64,000 nucleotides of DNA from IMG/VR virus record IMGVR_UViG_3300027973_000060. One strand, written 5' to 3'. A program made the position numbers and the translations under genes. Positions 18,732-27,791 of this stretch are shown piece after piece. Each line of letters begins with the position of its first letter. The first letter of the stretch is position 1. The DNA comes from an uncultured virus (IMG/VR IMGVR_UViG_3300027973_000060). Its lineage: Duplodnaviria > Heunggongvirae > Uroviricota > Caudoviricetes. The notes under the pieces were generated by a model that saw only the letters and a program-made list of their open reading frames with translations, was not told the DNA's origin and searched no databases.

Positions 18732-19603
18732 TGGCACTGGAACTCTCTACACATTCGGAAACGCCGACGAGGCTTGTGTCTGCGGAATTTTCCGCACACT
18801 GGTACTCGACTGATGGAGAGGCTTACCACACAGTCCCAGACGCTGAAGGACGCGATCGTCCAACAACGCTCCGGGACGTGAGGAAGCTAGCCAAGGAGGG
18901 GATTGATTTGCTTCCGTCGGTCACTTCAGTGATGAAGGTAAAGGACGCCCCACAACTCAATGCCTGGAAAATAACCCAGGTCCTACTCGCAGCCGACGAG
19001 CGCCCGAGACTTCCCGGGGAGACCCTGGAAGATTGGGCGTCGGCAGTTGAGGAGTTGAGCAAGGCAGTGACTAAGAAAGCGTCGAACCATGGCACTGCTA
19101 TGCATGATGTCCAGGAGAGACTACTTCCACTACTGCGCGAGAAGAAGGAGCCTGTATCCATAAATGATATTGAGATTCGCGAGGATCTCCTCCCCTTTGC
19201 GGAGCACATGGTGAAGTGGATCAACTCTGAGGTCATCTCCTCCCATTGGGAAGAGAAGGTGCTGGTCGGTGCTGGATACGCTGGAAAGGCGGACGCACTG
19301 ATCGATCACTCCGAGTATGGCACATGCCTAATCGATCTGAAGAACAGATCGTTCGACCCGGAGAAGGTCACAGCATCAAAGCGCCCGATTTATGCCCACG
19401 ACGCCATGCAATTGGGGGCCTATAGGAAGGCCCTTGGTAAGGAAGTGCACTGCATGTCGGTGATCCTGTCGTCGAAGACTCCGTCCGCTCCGTTTGTTTA
19501 CAAGTGGAGCGAGCAGGAGTTGGAAGATGGCTGGAGTGCTTTTCAGCACTGCCTGGCACTGTGGTGCTTTGACAAGAAATTCAAACCTAAAGGTGTGGTT
19601 TAA
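18731..19603 (+). CDS. RecB/Cas4-like PD-(D/E)XK exonuclease
   Basis: LPSVT, GTAMH, YAGKAD, IDLK and QLGAY motifs. Confidence 0.8.
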   Translation: MALELSTHSETPTRLVSAEFSAHWYSTDGEAYHTVPDAEGRDRPTTLRDVRKLAKEGIDLLPSVTSVMKVKDAPQLNAWKITQVLLAADERPRLPGETLEDWASAVEELSKAVTKKASNHGTAMHDVQERLLPLLREKKEPVSINDIEIREDLLPFAEHMVKWINSEVISSHWEEKVLVGAGYAGKADALIDHSEYGTCLIDLKNRSFDPEKVTASKRPIYAHDAMQLGAYRKALGKEVHCMSVILSSKTPSAPFVYKWSEQELEDGWSAFQHCLALWCFDKKFKPKGVV

Positions 19604-19620
19604 CAAAAGGAGAAATAAAA

Positions 19621-19779
19621 ATGAAACCAGGACTATACGCAAACATACACAAGAAGAGGGCCAGGATTAAGGCTGGCTCGAAAGAGAAAATGAGGAAACC
19701 CGGCTCTAAAGGAGCGCCGACCGCGGAAGCATTCGAGAGGTCAAAGCTAACTGCAAAGGAGATTGGTTATGGCAGATAG
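19621..19779 (+). CDS. Small basic phage protein (52 aa)
   Basis: MKPGLYANIHKKRARIKAGS...; AAGGAG SD; homolog at 59074..59232. Confidence 0.75.
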   Translation: MKPGLYANIHKKRARIKAGSKEKMRKPGSKGAPTAEAFERSKLTAKEIGYGR

Positions 19780-20041
19780 TCCAGCATGGCAAAGGGCCCT
19801 GGGTAAAAACCCGGAAGGTGGGCTGAATGAGGCCGGACGTCGTAGCTACAATCGGTCTACAGGCGGGAACCTAAAGGCCCCGGTCAGCAGGAAGCAGGCT
19901 GCCAGATCCGAGACCTCGGCCGCAAGGCGCAAATCTTTTTGTGCTCGCATGTCGGGCATGAAGAAGAAGTTGACCTCGGCCAAGACTGCCCGGGACCCAA
20001 ACAGCAGGATCAATAAAAGCCTGAGAAAGTGGGACTGTTAA
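19769..20041 (+). CDS. Basic phage protein (DUF6321-like), unit A only
   Basis: PAWQR..GKNPEGGLN..RRKSFCARM..SLRKW.C motif. Confidence 0.7.
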   Translation: MADSPAWQRALGKNPEGGLNEAGRRSYNRSTGGNLKAPVSRKQAARSETSAARRKSFCARMSGMKKKLTSAKTARDPNSRINKSLRKWDC

Positions 20042-20042
20042 T

Positions 20043-20414
20043 ATGAGTACTGAATCAATCATGGAAGCAATCGATTCGCTGGGCACAGCAGTCCGCGAGC
20101 TCCAGGAGGGGCTCCCGGTCAAGGATCATACAGAACCAACAATCGAAGACGTAGCCACCTATGCCAGCAGTGTGATCAGAAAGATCATGAACCGCGGGTC
20201 AAACAAGTCCAGGTTCGGCGAGTGGTTCCACAAGAACTCACTTCGCTACAACTCCGACCGGGCAATTGCCCACATGACCCGAGCGATGCAACAGATCGAT
20301 GGCAACACGTCTTCTCCGGACGGTTCCGGCGAAACATGCATCGACCACCTGGAGCGCGCACTGGTCCGAGCAGTGTTCACGCTCTACAAGGCCAAGGAAG
20401 GAAAGATACGATAA
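20043..20414 (+). CDS. Possible dATP/dGTP diphosphohydrolase-like (DUF5664-like) protein
   Basis: IM.RG..K..GEW..AIAH..D.SG..HL..A pattern; homolog at 59222. Confidence 0.45.
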   Translation: MSTESIMEAIDSLGTAVRELQEGLPVKDHTEPTIEDVATYASSVIRKIMNRGSNKSRFGEWFHKNSLRYNSDRAIAHMTRAMQQIDGNTSSPDGSGETCIDHLERALVRAVFTLYKAKEGKIR

Positions 20415-20545
20415 TGGCTGGGCACATCATTGAGTTGATATTCTTAATCGGATTAATCACAACTATCGTGATTGTGCTTGCACCATTGGTTTGGGTGACC
20501 ATGATCACGGTCGATAAAATTGACAAAATCCGTGACGACAAATAG
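20414..20545 (+). CDS. Small membrane protein
   Basis: Long hydrophobic stretch; TAATG coupling; homolog at 59599. Confidence 0.6.
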   Translation: MAGHIIELIFLIGLITTIVIVLAPLVWVTMITVDKIDKIRDDK

Positions 20546-20717
20546 TACCAGCATCCATATTGGCCCGAAGACAACGACCTGGGAGGACCCACTCGCAGTG
20601 TTCCTCCACAAGGACGAGTCGACCAGGATGGAGCGCATCATGGAGTATCTATCATGGGAAAACTATCGACTGCATCAGATCATCCAGAGATTCATGGACG
20701 AAAGGAAGTCGACATGA
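20532..20717 (+). CDS. Hypothetical protein
   Basis: Conserved at 59717..59902. Confidence 0.55.
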   Translation: MTTNSTSIHIGPKTTTWEDPLAVFLHKDESTRMERIMEYLSWENYRLHQIIQRFMDERKST

Positions 20718-20866
20718 TCTTTGTCCAGTGGGGCGAAAGGTACTACGCGGTGACTTCCAACGGAGATATTTTTGATTCTGGCGGAAAGCTAACGATTATC
20801 CCGGAGGGGTTAAAGAAAGCAATTAAGGAGGCAGGCATCAATGAAGAGGCAAATAGTAACAGTTAG
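20714..20866 (+). CDS. Hypothetical protein
   Basis: AAGGAAG SD; identical protein at 59899. Confidence 0.6.
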   Translation: MIFVQWGERYYAVTSNGDIFDSGGKLTIIPEGLKKAIKEAGINEEANSNS

Positions 20867-21485
20867 CTGCCAACTGCCGGAATGGTTTGAGAAACATTCC
20901 CTCCCAAGGATGGAAGAATCTTCTAAACGGTGGGACGCTAGTCTTGTAGTCATCAAGCCAGAGAAGCCGATCGGACTGCTAGCAAAGATGTCACTGGTCG
21001 ACGCGGTGAAGAATGCTGACAGGACCCTGTTCGTTGACAGCGATGTATTGATTTCGCGCGAGTGCGTAAACCCATTCGAGACTTTTCCACAGGGACACTT
21101 CTATGCTTGCGCCGACGCCCCTCACGGTGACCAGCTACATTGGGGCCGGGCCAACGAGATGATCCTATCCCAGGCAATGCTCGGATCGGTCAGGTGGACG
21201 CAAGGCTACTTTAACACCGGGGTGATGGTGTGCGACAGGCAACATGCAGGCGCCTGGGACAACTTCGTGTACGCACCGTTTGCGTTCCCGGAACAGACGT
21301 TCACCAACTACCGGGCGAGGATGCTGGGTTACTCCATTCGATTCCTGAGTTGGGAATGGAATGCGATGGAGATTAATACCCCGAAGGACAAGAAGCAGTC
21401 AGATGCATTCATGCCACACGCAGCCGGGATCTACGGAGACGACCGCGCGAAGTGGATTGAGGAAATGGACAAGGTACTACCATGA
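20841..21485 (+). CDS. GT-A fold glycosyltransferase (GT8-like)
   Basis: LFVDSD (DxD), YFNTGVMV, EQT..N, WN and H.AG motifs. Confidence 0.8.
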   Translation: MKRQIVTVSCQLPEWFEKHSLPRMEESSKRWDASLVVIKPEKPIGLLAKMSLVDAVKNADRTLFVDSDVLISRECVNPFETFPQGHFYACADAPHGDQLHWGRANEMILSQAMLGSVRWTQGYFNTGVMVCDRQHAGAWDNFVYAPFAFPEQTFTNYRARMLGYSIRFLSWEWNAMEINTPKDKKQSDAFMPHAAGIYGDDRAKWIEEMDKVLP

Positions 21486-22546
21486 GAATATTGACCCTAA
21501 AAGATCCCATGATGTTAGATGATCGTCTGCATCATCCACACGATTCTGTAGTAGTTCCGAATGAAGTTAAGGGAGTGCCCGGGACACATGCCGATGCCTA
21601 CACAATTCCTTACCGGGTTGGTTGCGCCTCGGGCGGATACGCGGCCCTATACCGCGGTGGAGCGATCGGGGATCAGTTCATCGCCATGGGTGTCGCCAGA
21701 GCGATGCAACACTACGAGGGAGACGGAAGGATCGAGGCTTACGTTCCGCAGCGGCACTTGCCATTGTGGGAAGGATTCGCCGGAGTCAGGGTCATGCCGT
21801 TGGCCCCTACGATTGCTACATGGAAATCTTACAAGGGTCACGTTTGCCTGGACGATATCCTGTCAAAGACCGCGCACCTGGACGGCAACGTGTACGACTA
21901 CGTCTACAGATCCTGGGGCGTCGAGGTCGACGACAACTTTAAGAAGCCTTACGCCAAGTTGCTAGAGAAAGATCAGCATGAGTTGGCTACGATAGGATTC
22001 GACGTTGAAGGACCGTTCCTGCTTTATTCGATCAGCGGATCTAGCCTGTGGAAGAGTTACCCAACCCACGAGGCAGGGCTGTTCATCAAGTCGTTCTTAA
22101 AGGAGAACAAGGATTGGCAAGTCGTAGCAGTGGGCCACGACGATCCTCCCTTATCCATCACGCACAGCAGACTGATCAATCTCCAGGGAAGACTACGCAA
22201 CGTCAGGACGCTGTTGCACCTGGCTGCGCGTTGCGACATGGCAGTTTGCCCGGAGTCGGCAGTCATGCACATGACAGCGATATTCGACGCGCCAACCGTT
22301 GGACTGTACGGACCCTACGGACCTGAGCACACGTCGAAGTACTACAATTACGTGAAGCCAATCTTTCCTAAAGATGTTTGTCCCCACGCCCCATGCTCGG
22401 TGTACGAGCAACCCAAGGACAAATGTAAAGACGCGGTCAACGCAATACAGGGAGAACCCAAATGGTGCAACGTTCTAAGGTCAATCAAGCCAGAAGATAT
22501 CCTGGCAAAGACAAAAGAAATCCAGGCAAACTTAAAGCAGGTCTAA
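21482..22546 (+). CDS. Glycosyltransferase family 9 (heptosyltransferase-like)
   Basis: GAIGD, WKSYP, INLQG, ESAVMH..A...PTVGLYGP and C..PC motifs. Confidence 0.85.
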   Translation: MRILTLKDPMMLDDRLHHPHDSVVVPNEVKGVPGTHADAYTIPYRVGCASGGYAALYRGGAIGDQFIAMGVARAMQHYEGDGRIEAYVPQRHLPLWEGFAGVRVMPLAPTIATWKSYKGHVCLDDILSKTAHLDGNVYDYVYRSWGVEVDDNFKKPYAKLLEKDQHELATIGFDVEGPFLLYSISGSSLWKSYPTHEAGLFIKSFLKENKDWQVVAVGHDDPPLSITHSRLINLQGRLRNVRTLLHLAARCDMAVCPESAVMHMTAIFDAPTVGLYGPYGPEHTSKYYNYVKPIFPKDVCPHAPCSVYEQPKDKCKDAVNAIQGEPKWCNVLRSIKPEDILAKTKEIQANLKQV

Positions 22547-22722
22547 TCAGAATCGTTTCTGAGAAGAAAGTTGTCTGCTACGAGTTGGGCCTGGACGTGG
22601 ACAAAGACGTCTACGAATCAATCGTTGAGGCCGGGCGCATCCACATTGCGAACGATAAGGATGCCCTGTTCCAGTACGCGCTGAAGACCGCGCTCAAGGA
22701 GATTAGACATGAGCGACTTTAA
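22462..22722 (+). CDS. Hypothetical protein overlapping the GT9 3' end
   Basis: GGAG SD; conserved at 61647..61901. Confidence 0.55.
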   Translation: MVQRSKVNQARRYPGKDKRNPGKLKAGLIRIVSEKKVVCYELGLDVDKDVYESIVEAGRIHIANDKDALFQYALKTALKEIRHERL

Positions 22723-23272
22723 GCAGAAGATCTTAACGGCAGTGTGCGAGCCGGACGTGTTGACGCAGGGGCAGTGCAATATGATCCGCGATGATGCCGA
22801 GGTCATAGGCATGAAGAGGTCTCACGTTATGAAGAAGGACGGAACGACCAAGTCTTCATTCACCAGGACATGCTCATCTTGCTGGGTGCCGTTCGCAGAA
22901 CATTACAAGTGGCTATACGACGTTGTCAGAAGTGTTGCCATGGACCTAAACGAAGAGCACTACAAGTTTGACATCACTGGCATTCAGCAACTGCAGATCC
23001 TGCGCTATAGGCCCGGGCAGTTTTTCCTGCCACACTTCGACTGCTTCGATGGTAGCGATCGCAAGCTAACGATGGTGATCAACCTATCAGATCCAACAGA
23101 GTTCCTGGGCGGAGGACTCCGGGTTGAGTGCGACTTGCACAACGCGAAGGATGTGAAGAAGCGGGGATCGGCAACTATGTTTCCTACCTACATAAAGCAC
23201 CAGGCACTGCCAGTGTTCTTTGGCTCCAGGTGGGTGCTGGTCGCCTGGCTTACAGGAGGACAGTGGCGATGA
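22709..23272 (+). CDS. 2OG-Fe(II) oxygenase (prolyl-hydroxylase-like)
   Basis: HxD (PHFD), RKLT, H..PV..G.R..LV.W motifs. Confidence 0.9.
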   Translation: MSDFKQKILTAVCEPDVLTQGQCNMIRDDAEVIGMKRSHVMKKDGTTKSSFTRTCSSCWVPFAEHYKWLYDVVRSVAMDLNEEHYKFDITGIQQLQILRYRPGQFFLPHFDCFDGSDRKLTMVINLSDPTEFLGGGLRVECDLHNAKDVKKRGSATMFPTYIKHQALPVFFGSRWVLVAWLTGGQWR

Positions 23273-23349
23273 GCGATTTCTTTATAATCATGTTTTGGAT
23301 GGTTGTCTTTGGAGTACTCCTCATGTACTGCGACAAGCTGAACAAATGA
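23269..23349 (+). CDS. 26-aa membrane peptide
   Basis: AGGAGG SD, ATGA coupling at both ends, conserved at 62454. Confidence 0.55.
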   Translation: MSDFFIIMFWMVVFGVLLMYCDKLNK

Positions 23350-23525
23350 GAGCGCTAGCCTGGACTTTCTATTGGATAGGAGACTTGATCTCAAGGACGT
23401 TCATGCGGTTTGGATATGGGTATTCGATCTACAGCAAGGTCATGAACTGGTCTCTTGGTTTTGATAAGGACGAATCAGTTTGGAAGAAGGTTAAGAACAA
23501 TTTGCCCCAGAAGAAGGTCAAATGA
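23346..23525 (+). CDS. Hypothetical protein
   Basis: ATGA coupling; conserved at 62531..62710. Confidence 0.6.
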   Translation: MRALAWTFYWIGDLISRTFMRFGYGYSIYSKVMNWSLGFDKDESVWKKVKNNLPQKKVK

Positions 23526-24112
23526 CCCACGCAGCCAACCTTCCGCGCCACCTATACGTCAAGGTCGACATGGCGTTTGTATCTGACGGTGAGAAGCAGG
23601 AGATAGAAGACGCTGTCTGGTTTGGACTGACCGCGATCCCTGGCCGGGCTTGGGGATGCACTGTCATGCTCAAGTGTGGCGCGATCTACCGCGGACTTCC
23701 ACTGCATGCCTTGGCTCACGGTGACATTGCGATCATGGATTGGGATCTCAACGACGCGCAGAGGTGGGACTGTTTCGGATGGAACTTTGTGACGATCGAG
23801 TATGAGTATCTGATGGGCCTATCGTGCAAGGTTTGGATTGCTAGCAGGAAAATTTGGGAGATTGGGCGATACATGTTTACCGCAGAACCTTACGGAGATG
23901 GATTCTCCATGGCCCCGGAGCAGACAAAGTCTCACCATTTTATTAAACTGAACAACGGAAGGATCACGGCAGTTCCTGGTAACAACGTACTATGGAACGA
24001 GTCGAGCTTCACTACTCTAGGCGATAAGCCTAAGTGGCTGCGCGGACAGCGGGAGACCTGGCACGGTGAAGGGGCGACCTGGGACGACGTAGTGGGTGAG
24101 GAGACAGCGTAA
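23522..24112 (+). CDS. Conserved hypothetical phage protein
   Basis: Homolog at 62707..63297. Confidence 0.75.
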   Translation: MTHAANLPRHLYVKVDMAFVSDGEKQEIEDAVWFGLTAIPGRAWGCTVMLKCGAIYRGLPLHALAHGDIAIMDWDLNDAQRWDCFGWNFVTIEYEYLMGLSCKVWIASRKIWEIGRYMFTAEPYGDGFSMAPEQTKSHHFIKLNNGRITAVPGNNVLWNESSFTTLGDKPKWLRGQRETWHGEGATWDDVVGEETA

Positions 24113-24143
24113 TGTCGGTAAACCATAAACAGAAAGGACACAT

Positions 24144-24299
24144 ATGCCATTAGGAAAGAACGTATCGAAGAACATGAGGGAACTGATGAAGGATAACAAG
24201 AAGAAGGGCAAGGAGCGCGGGGCCGGAGGTAAGGCCCGGAGCTTTGAGCAGATGGTCGCGATCGCACTCAACGCAGCTGGCAAGAGCAAGAATCGGTGA
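24144..24299 (+). CDS. Small basic protein (51 aa)
   Basis: MPLGKNVSKNMREL..QMVAIAL..AGK; AAAGGA SD; homolog at 63333. Confidence 0.7.
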   Translation: MPLGKNVSKNMRELMKDNKKKGKERGAGGKARSFEQMVAIALNAAGKSKNR

Positions 24300-24541
24300 G
24301 CTTGGCGAACACCCTCAAATGGCAACGTGATATCCTCGAGGCGACTAAGAGGATGCTCATTGTCGAGCGCGATAAGGCTGACCACACTCACGCTCCAGGA
24401 ATCCGGCAGATCATTACAAACGTCGACGCGGCCCTGCTGTTCAACAAAGAACTAAGTGAAAATCTACAAGATAACCTCCGTCAAGTTCGGGGCGCTTGTG
24501 AAGGAGTTCGGGCTGGCCCCGGGGAGTCTGTTCCCTCTTGA
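24296..24541 (+). CDS. Hypothetical protein
   Basis: GTGA coupling; conserved at 63485. Confidence 0.55.
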   Translation: MSLANTLKWQRDILEATKRMLIVERDKADHTHAPGIRQIITNVDAALLFNKELSENLQDNLRQVRGACEGVRAGPGESVPS

Positions 24542-24707
24542 GTTCGGCAACCAAGGAAGAATAATCAACGCGATGCTTTACGATTACTGGCACGGCAATG
24601 GATATAAGCTGGACATGTTGACAGGAAGTTTTGTAGAAGATAAGACAACAACCCCAACGAAAGGAACCCCACCATGCAATCAACCAGACTCACGAAAGGA
24701 GACCTGA
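24456..24707 (+). CDS. Hypothetical protein
   Basis: Conserved at 63645; substitutions in the overlap favour this frame. Confidence 0.6.
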   Translation: MKIYKITSVKFGALVKEFGLAPGSLFPLEFGNQGRIINAMLYDYWHGNGYKLDMLTGSFVEDKTTTPTKGTPPCNQPDSRKET

Positions 24708-25036
24708 CCGAACGGTACAGGCAACTAGCAGGAGAGGTCGTCGTGCAGATGATCTCAGATATTAAACTACTTAACCGCAGGAGAATCCTGTCCGGCTTAG
24801 TACAGATCGCCAAGCCAGTACGCACTGCCTGGCAAGGCGACGGATACAAAACGTATACGGAGTCCGAGGAACTAGTGCGCGCGGTCCGCGGGGAACCAAT
24901 GGCTACATGGCTCATGGTCGCAGGGGCCAACGTGGACCACCGCGACGTCGTCAGGCGCCTAGAGAAGTTGACCCCTGAGAAGTGTATCGAGAGTGAGCAC
25001 AGGAAGTTCCATCAGTCCAGGAAGGGCAATAAATGA
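24674..25036 (+). CDS. Hypothetical protein
   Basis: AAAGGA SD; homolog begins at 63863. Confidence 0.65.
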   Translation: MQSTRLTKGDLTERYRQLAGEVVVQMISDIKLLNRRRILSGLVQIAKPVRTAWQGDGYKTYTESEELVRAVRGEPMATWLMVAGANVDHRDVVRRLEKLTPEKCIESEHRKFHQSRKGNK

Positions 25037-25197
25037 AGATGGACGACTACAAGTGCTCGGTCCCTAACGAACTAAAGAAACTTGCGGAACAGTTCCAGGT
25101 TGAGAAGTGCTGGTCGTTTCCTCCCAACGTGTGGACCGTGATTGTGGAAATGCGTAAGACTGCCTGGAGGAACATGTGGGGGACGCAACCGCAATGA
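25033..25197 (+). CDS. Hypothetical protein (54 aa)
   Basis: ATGA-coupled at both ends. Confidence 0.55.
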   Translation: MKMDDYKCSVPNELKKLAEQFQVEKCWSFPPNVWTVIVEMRKTAWRNMWGTQPQ

Positions 25198-26612
25198 ACC
25201 CGGACTCCTACGGACCTCCGCGGGACAATGAGGCTGAGTGGGCAGTGCTGTCAGCATGCTTCACTGATCCCGAGATCCTGGAGCGCAACAAGGCTGAGAT
25301 CCTGGACCCACACAACTACTACCAACCAGTAGCCCGGTGCGTCGCCCGGGGGCTCCGGGACGGTGTGCCACCTGACGCTGTCGCCATGGGTGAGTTTGTG
25401 GCGAAGGAGCATCCAAAGTATGTGCACGAATTCAGTCTGAAGATTATGTCAGGATCGGTCACGTCCGCGTCGAAGATGGACTATTGGTTGCCCAGGTTGA
25501 GGAAGACAACTCGGATGCGGAACATGCATACGGCTGCGCTCAAGGCGCTCGGTGCGATGGAGGAGCAGGACGCGTGCCCGGAAGATATTAGGAACATCCT
25601 GGCCGGAGCCAGCAAGCCGTGGGGCAGTGGGAATCTCCCACTCATCATGGAGGCGGGTGCCTTGGACGAATTGCCGATTGAGAAGCCGGAGGAGATTATC
25701 TACGGAGCCCTGCACCGCGGTTGCAAGATGGTGCTAGGCGGGACCAGCAAGAGCATGAAGACCTGGACGCTGTTGCAGTTAGCGATATGTGTGGCGTCGG
25801 GCACAAAGTTTTGGGAGATGCCCACTCGCAAGACGCGGGTGCTGTTCATCAACTTTGAAATCCAGCAGTACTCATTCCGCGAGCGGATCAGATCAGTGTG
25901 CCGGGCACTAGGCATTCAGATACCTAGCGATCAGTTGTTCGTTTGGAATCTGCGAGGACACTCGGCGGACCTGAGCGCGTTGCGGCCCAAGATCATTGAC
26001 CAGCTACGGATCGGAGAGTTTGGACTGATCTGCTTTGACCCGATCTACAAGCTGTACGGAGAGAGAGATGAGAACAGCGCCGGAGAGATGGCAACGTTAA
26101 TGAACGAGGTGGACAGCATTGCGGTGGAGACCAACGCGAGCGTCGTGTTCGGGCATCACTTCAGCAAGGGCCACGGCAACAGGGCCGGGTTTGATAAGAT
26201 GTCGGGCAGTACAGTATTCGCCCGGGACCCGGACAGCATCTTCGTCATGCATCCTCACAAGGAAGAGAATGTGCTGATCGTCGAGCCAACGATGAGAGAC
26301 TTTTCTCCGATCGATCCGTTTTGTGTGCAGTGGGAATTTCCGTTGATGAAACGCACAGCAGAATTTAATCCGGACGATGCGCGACCAACCGAAGGATCGA
26401 AGAAGGCATATGAGGACGAGGAAGTGATGGCATGCGTCGACAAAGAAAAAGGGTCGTCGTTCAAGGAGGTGTGGGAGAAGGCAGATCCTGCCATGGGAAT
26501 CCCGCGGGGAACACTCTCGAGATATCTCACGCGCTTGGTGAAGTCCGGCAAGTTGCTGAAAGATAAAACGCAGTTCGGCGAGGTTTACCGCGTTCCGACG
26601 CCAGGTTTTTAG
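25194..26612 (+). CDS. Replicative helicase: DnaB-like N-terminus, RepA-type AAA domain, C-terminal wHTH
   Basis: EAEWAVL N-domain; Walker A GTSKSMKT; LICFDP Walker B; HHFSKG; GIPRGTLSRYL HTH. Confidence 0.85.
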   Translation: MNPDSYGPPRDNEAEWAVLSACFTDPEILERNKAEILDPHNYYQPVARCVARGLRDGVPPDAVAMGEFVAKEHPKYVHEFSLKIMSGSVTSASKMDYWLPRLRKTTRMRNMHTAALKALGAMEEQDACPEDIRNILAGASKPWGSGNLPLIMEAGALDELPIEKPEEIIYGALHRGCKMVLGGTSKSMKTWTLLQLAICVASGTKFWEMPTRKTRVLFINFEIQQYSFRERIRSVCRALGIQIPSDQLFVWNLRGHSADLSALRPKIIDQLRIGEFGLICFDPIYKLYGERDENSAGEMATLMNEVDSIAVETNASVVFGHHFSKGHGNRAGFDKMSGSTVFARDPDSIFVMHPHKEENVLIVEPTMRDFSPIDPFCVQWEFPLMKRTAEFNPDDARPTEGSKKAYEDEEVMACVDKEKGSSFKEVWEKADPAMGIPRGTLSRYLTRLVKSGKLLKDKTQFGEVYRVPTPGF

Positions 26613-26665
26613 AAAAAGTATTTCATTCTATATCAACAACTTACGCCTGGTAGTGAAAATACTTG

Positions 26666-26694
26666 TAGACATAACCCAGCGGATGGGTTAAATT
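26666..26694 (+). promoter_or_regulatory. Promoter TAGACA-17-TAAATT with TAACCCA-N5-TGGGTTA operator-like palindrome; leaderless ATG 6 nt later
   Basis: Read directly from the intergenic sequence. Confidence 0.6.
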
Positions 26695-26700
26695 CTAACC

Positions 26701-26967
26701 ATGAGCAACACAACAACCAGCACCGAAGCAACCCCGGTCAAAGTGGGTCGCACTCAAGCATCTTGGGAAAAACTCGGAGTTAAGTTCAAGCAGACTGAAA
26801 GCATTGGCTTTAGTTTGAGTGGCGGATTCAGTGAGCCCCACTTAACCTGGGTCGCAGTATGCAAAGGTCAGTATGTGGCAAGTGGCGGAAGAGCGCTCGA
26901 GCCACTGATCGAGTGGATGAACAAGAAGGAAGACAAGATCATCGCCAAGATCAAGTCCATCAAATAA
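26701..26967 (+). CDS. Hypothetical early protein
   Basis: ORF directly after the promoter. Confidence 0.6.
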   Translation: MSNTTTSTEATPVKVGRTQASWEKLGVKFKQTESIGFSLSGGFSEPHLTWVAVCKGQYVASGGRALEPLIEWMNKKEDKIIAKIKSIK

Positions 26968-26995
26968 CCCAACCAACCAAGAAAGACCAACCAAC

Positions 26996-27451
26996 ATGAT
27001 CAATAAAGACACACTCAACATAATTCGTAACCAGATTGACCCGCTCCTGGCAGAGCTCAACAAGGTCAACAAGCAGTTCAACCTCAAGCTAGGCAACTGC
27101 ACCTACAACGCGGACACTGCCACATTCAAGATGGAGGTTCGGTCGGTTGAGGAAGGCGGAGAGATTGTGACCAAAGACCTGGCAGACTTGCGGTCGATTG
27201 TTCGCCATGGATTCGACGGACTAAAGGAGGAGCACTTGACCAAGGAGTTTAAGACCCCCAAGGGCACTTCTCGCCTGTGCGGATACAGGGGCCGGGCGAA
27301 CAAGTCGTTCGTCTTCGAGGTGCTCGACGGAGTTAACAAGGGCAAGAAGTTTGTGACGGACACAAAGGGCATCCAGTTCTACCTGGGCATCGAGGCGCCC
27401 TCGATCCTGAAGGTGACTGAGTGGAAGAAGGAGGTTGTATGTCAGAGCTAA
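26996..27451 (+). CDS. Hypothetical protein
   Basis: 151-aa ORF in operon orientation. Confidence 0.7.
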   Translation: MINKDTLNIIRNQIDPLLAELNKVNKQFNLKLGNCTYNADTATFKMEVRSVEEGGEIVTKDLADLRSIVRHGFDGLKEEHLTKEFKTPKGTSRLCGYRGRANKSFVFEVLDGVNKGKKFVTDTKGIQFYLGIEAPSILKVTEWKKEVVCQS

Positions 27452-27515
27452 TCCTATTGACCCCATGCGGAATTCTATGCACCGTGTTTATGTGGAAAAT
27501 GTACTGGAGGAAACC

Positions 27516-27791
27516 ATGAACTACTACGACGACAAAGAAGAGGGAGCGCTCACGTTCGAGCAGATTGTTCCGGGCAAGTACTACCGATACAACCGGGACT
27601 ATGGGATCTGCGAGATCATGGAGAGTGCTAGCAACAAGCCGAAGATCCTGCGCTATCTAAATCGGGACGGTGGACTGCTCGGAGGTAATGGAGATCTGTT
27701 CGAAATCGACATGACCGACAGGCTCCTGGAAGTGCTGAAGGAGCGTCGGGATAAGACGATCGGGTTCATCGACGAGATGGGGACATGGTGA
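27516..27791 (+). CDS. Hypothetical protein
   Basis: GGAGG SD before ATG 27516. Confidence 0.6.
   Translation: MNYYDDKEEGALTFEQIVPGKYYRYNRDYGICEIMESASNKPKILRYLNRDGGLLGGNGDLFEIDMTDRLLEVLKERRDKTIGFIDEMGTW

Noticed and set aside
18731..19603. CRISPR-Cas system suggested by the Cas4-like nuclease
   Set aside because: No repeat-spacer array or other cas genes; it is a typical phage recombination exonuclease.
24456..24541. Dual-coding overlap between ORFs 24296 and 24456
   Set aside because: The upstream ORF's tail varies in sequence and stop position between units, so it is an unconstrained extension.
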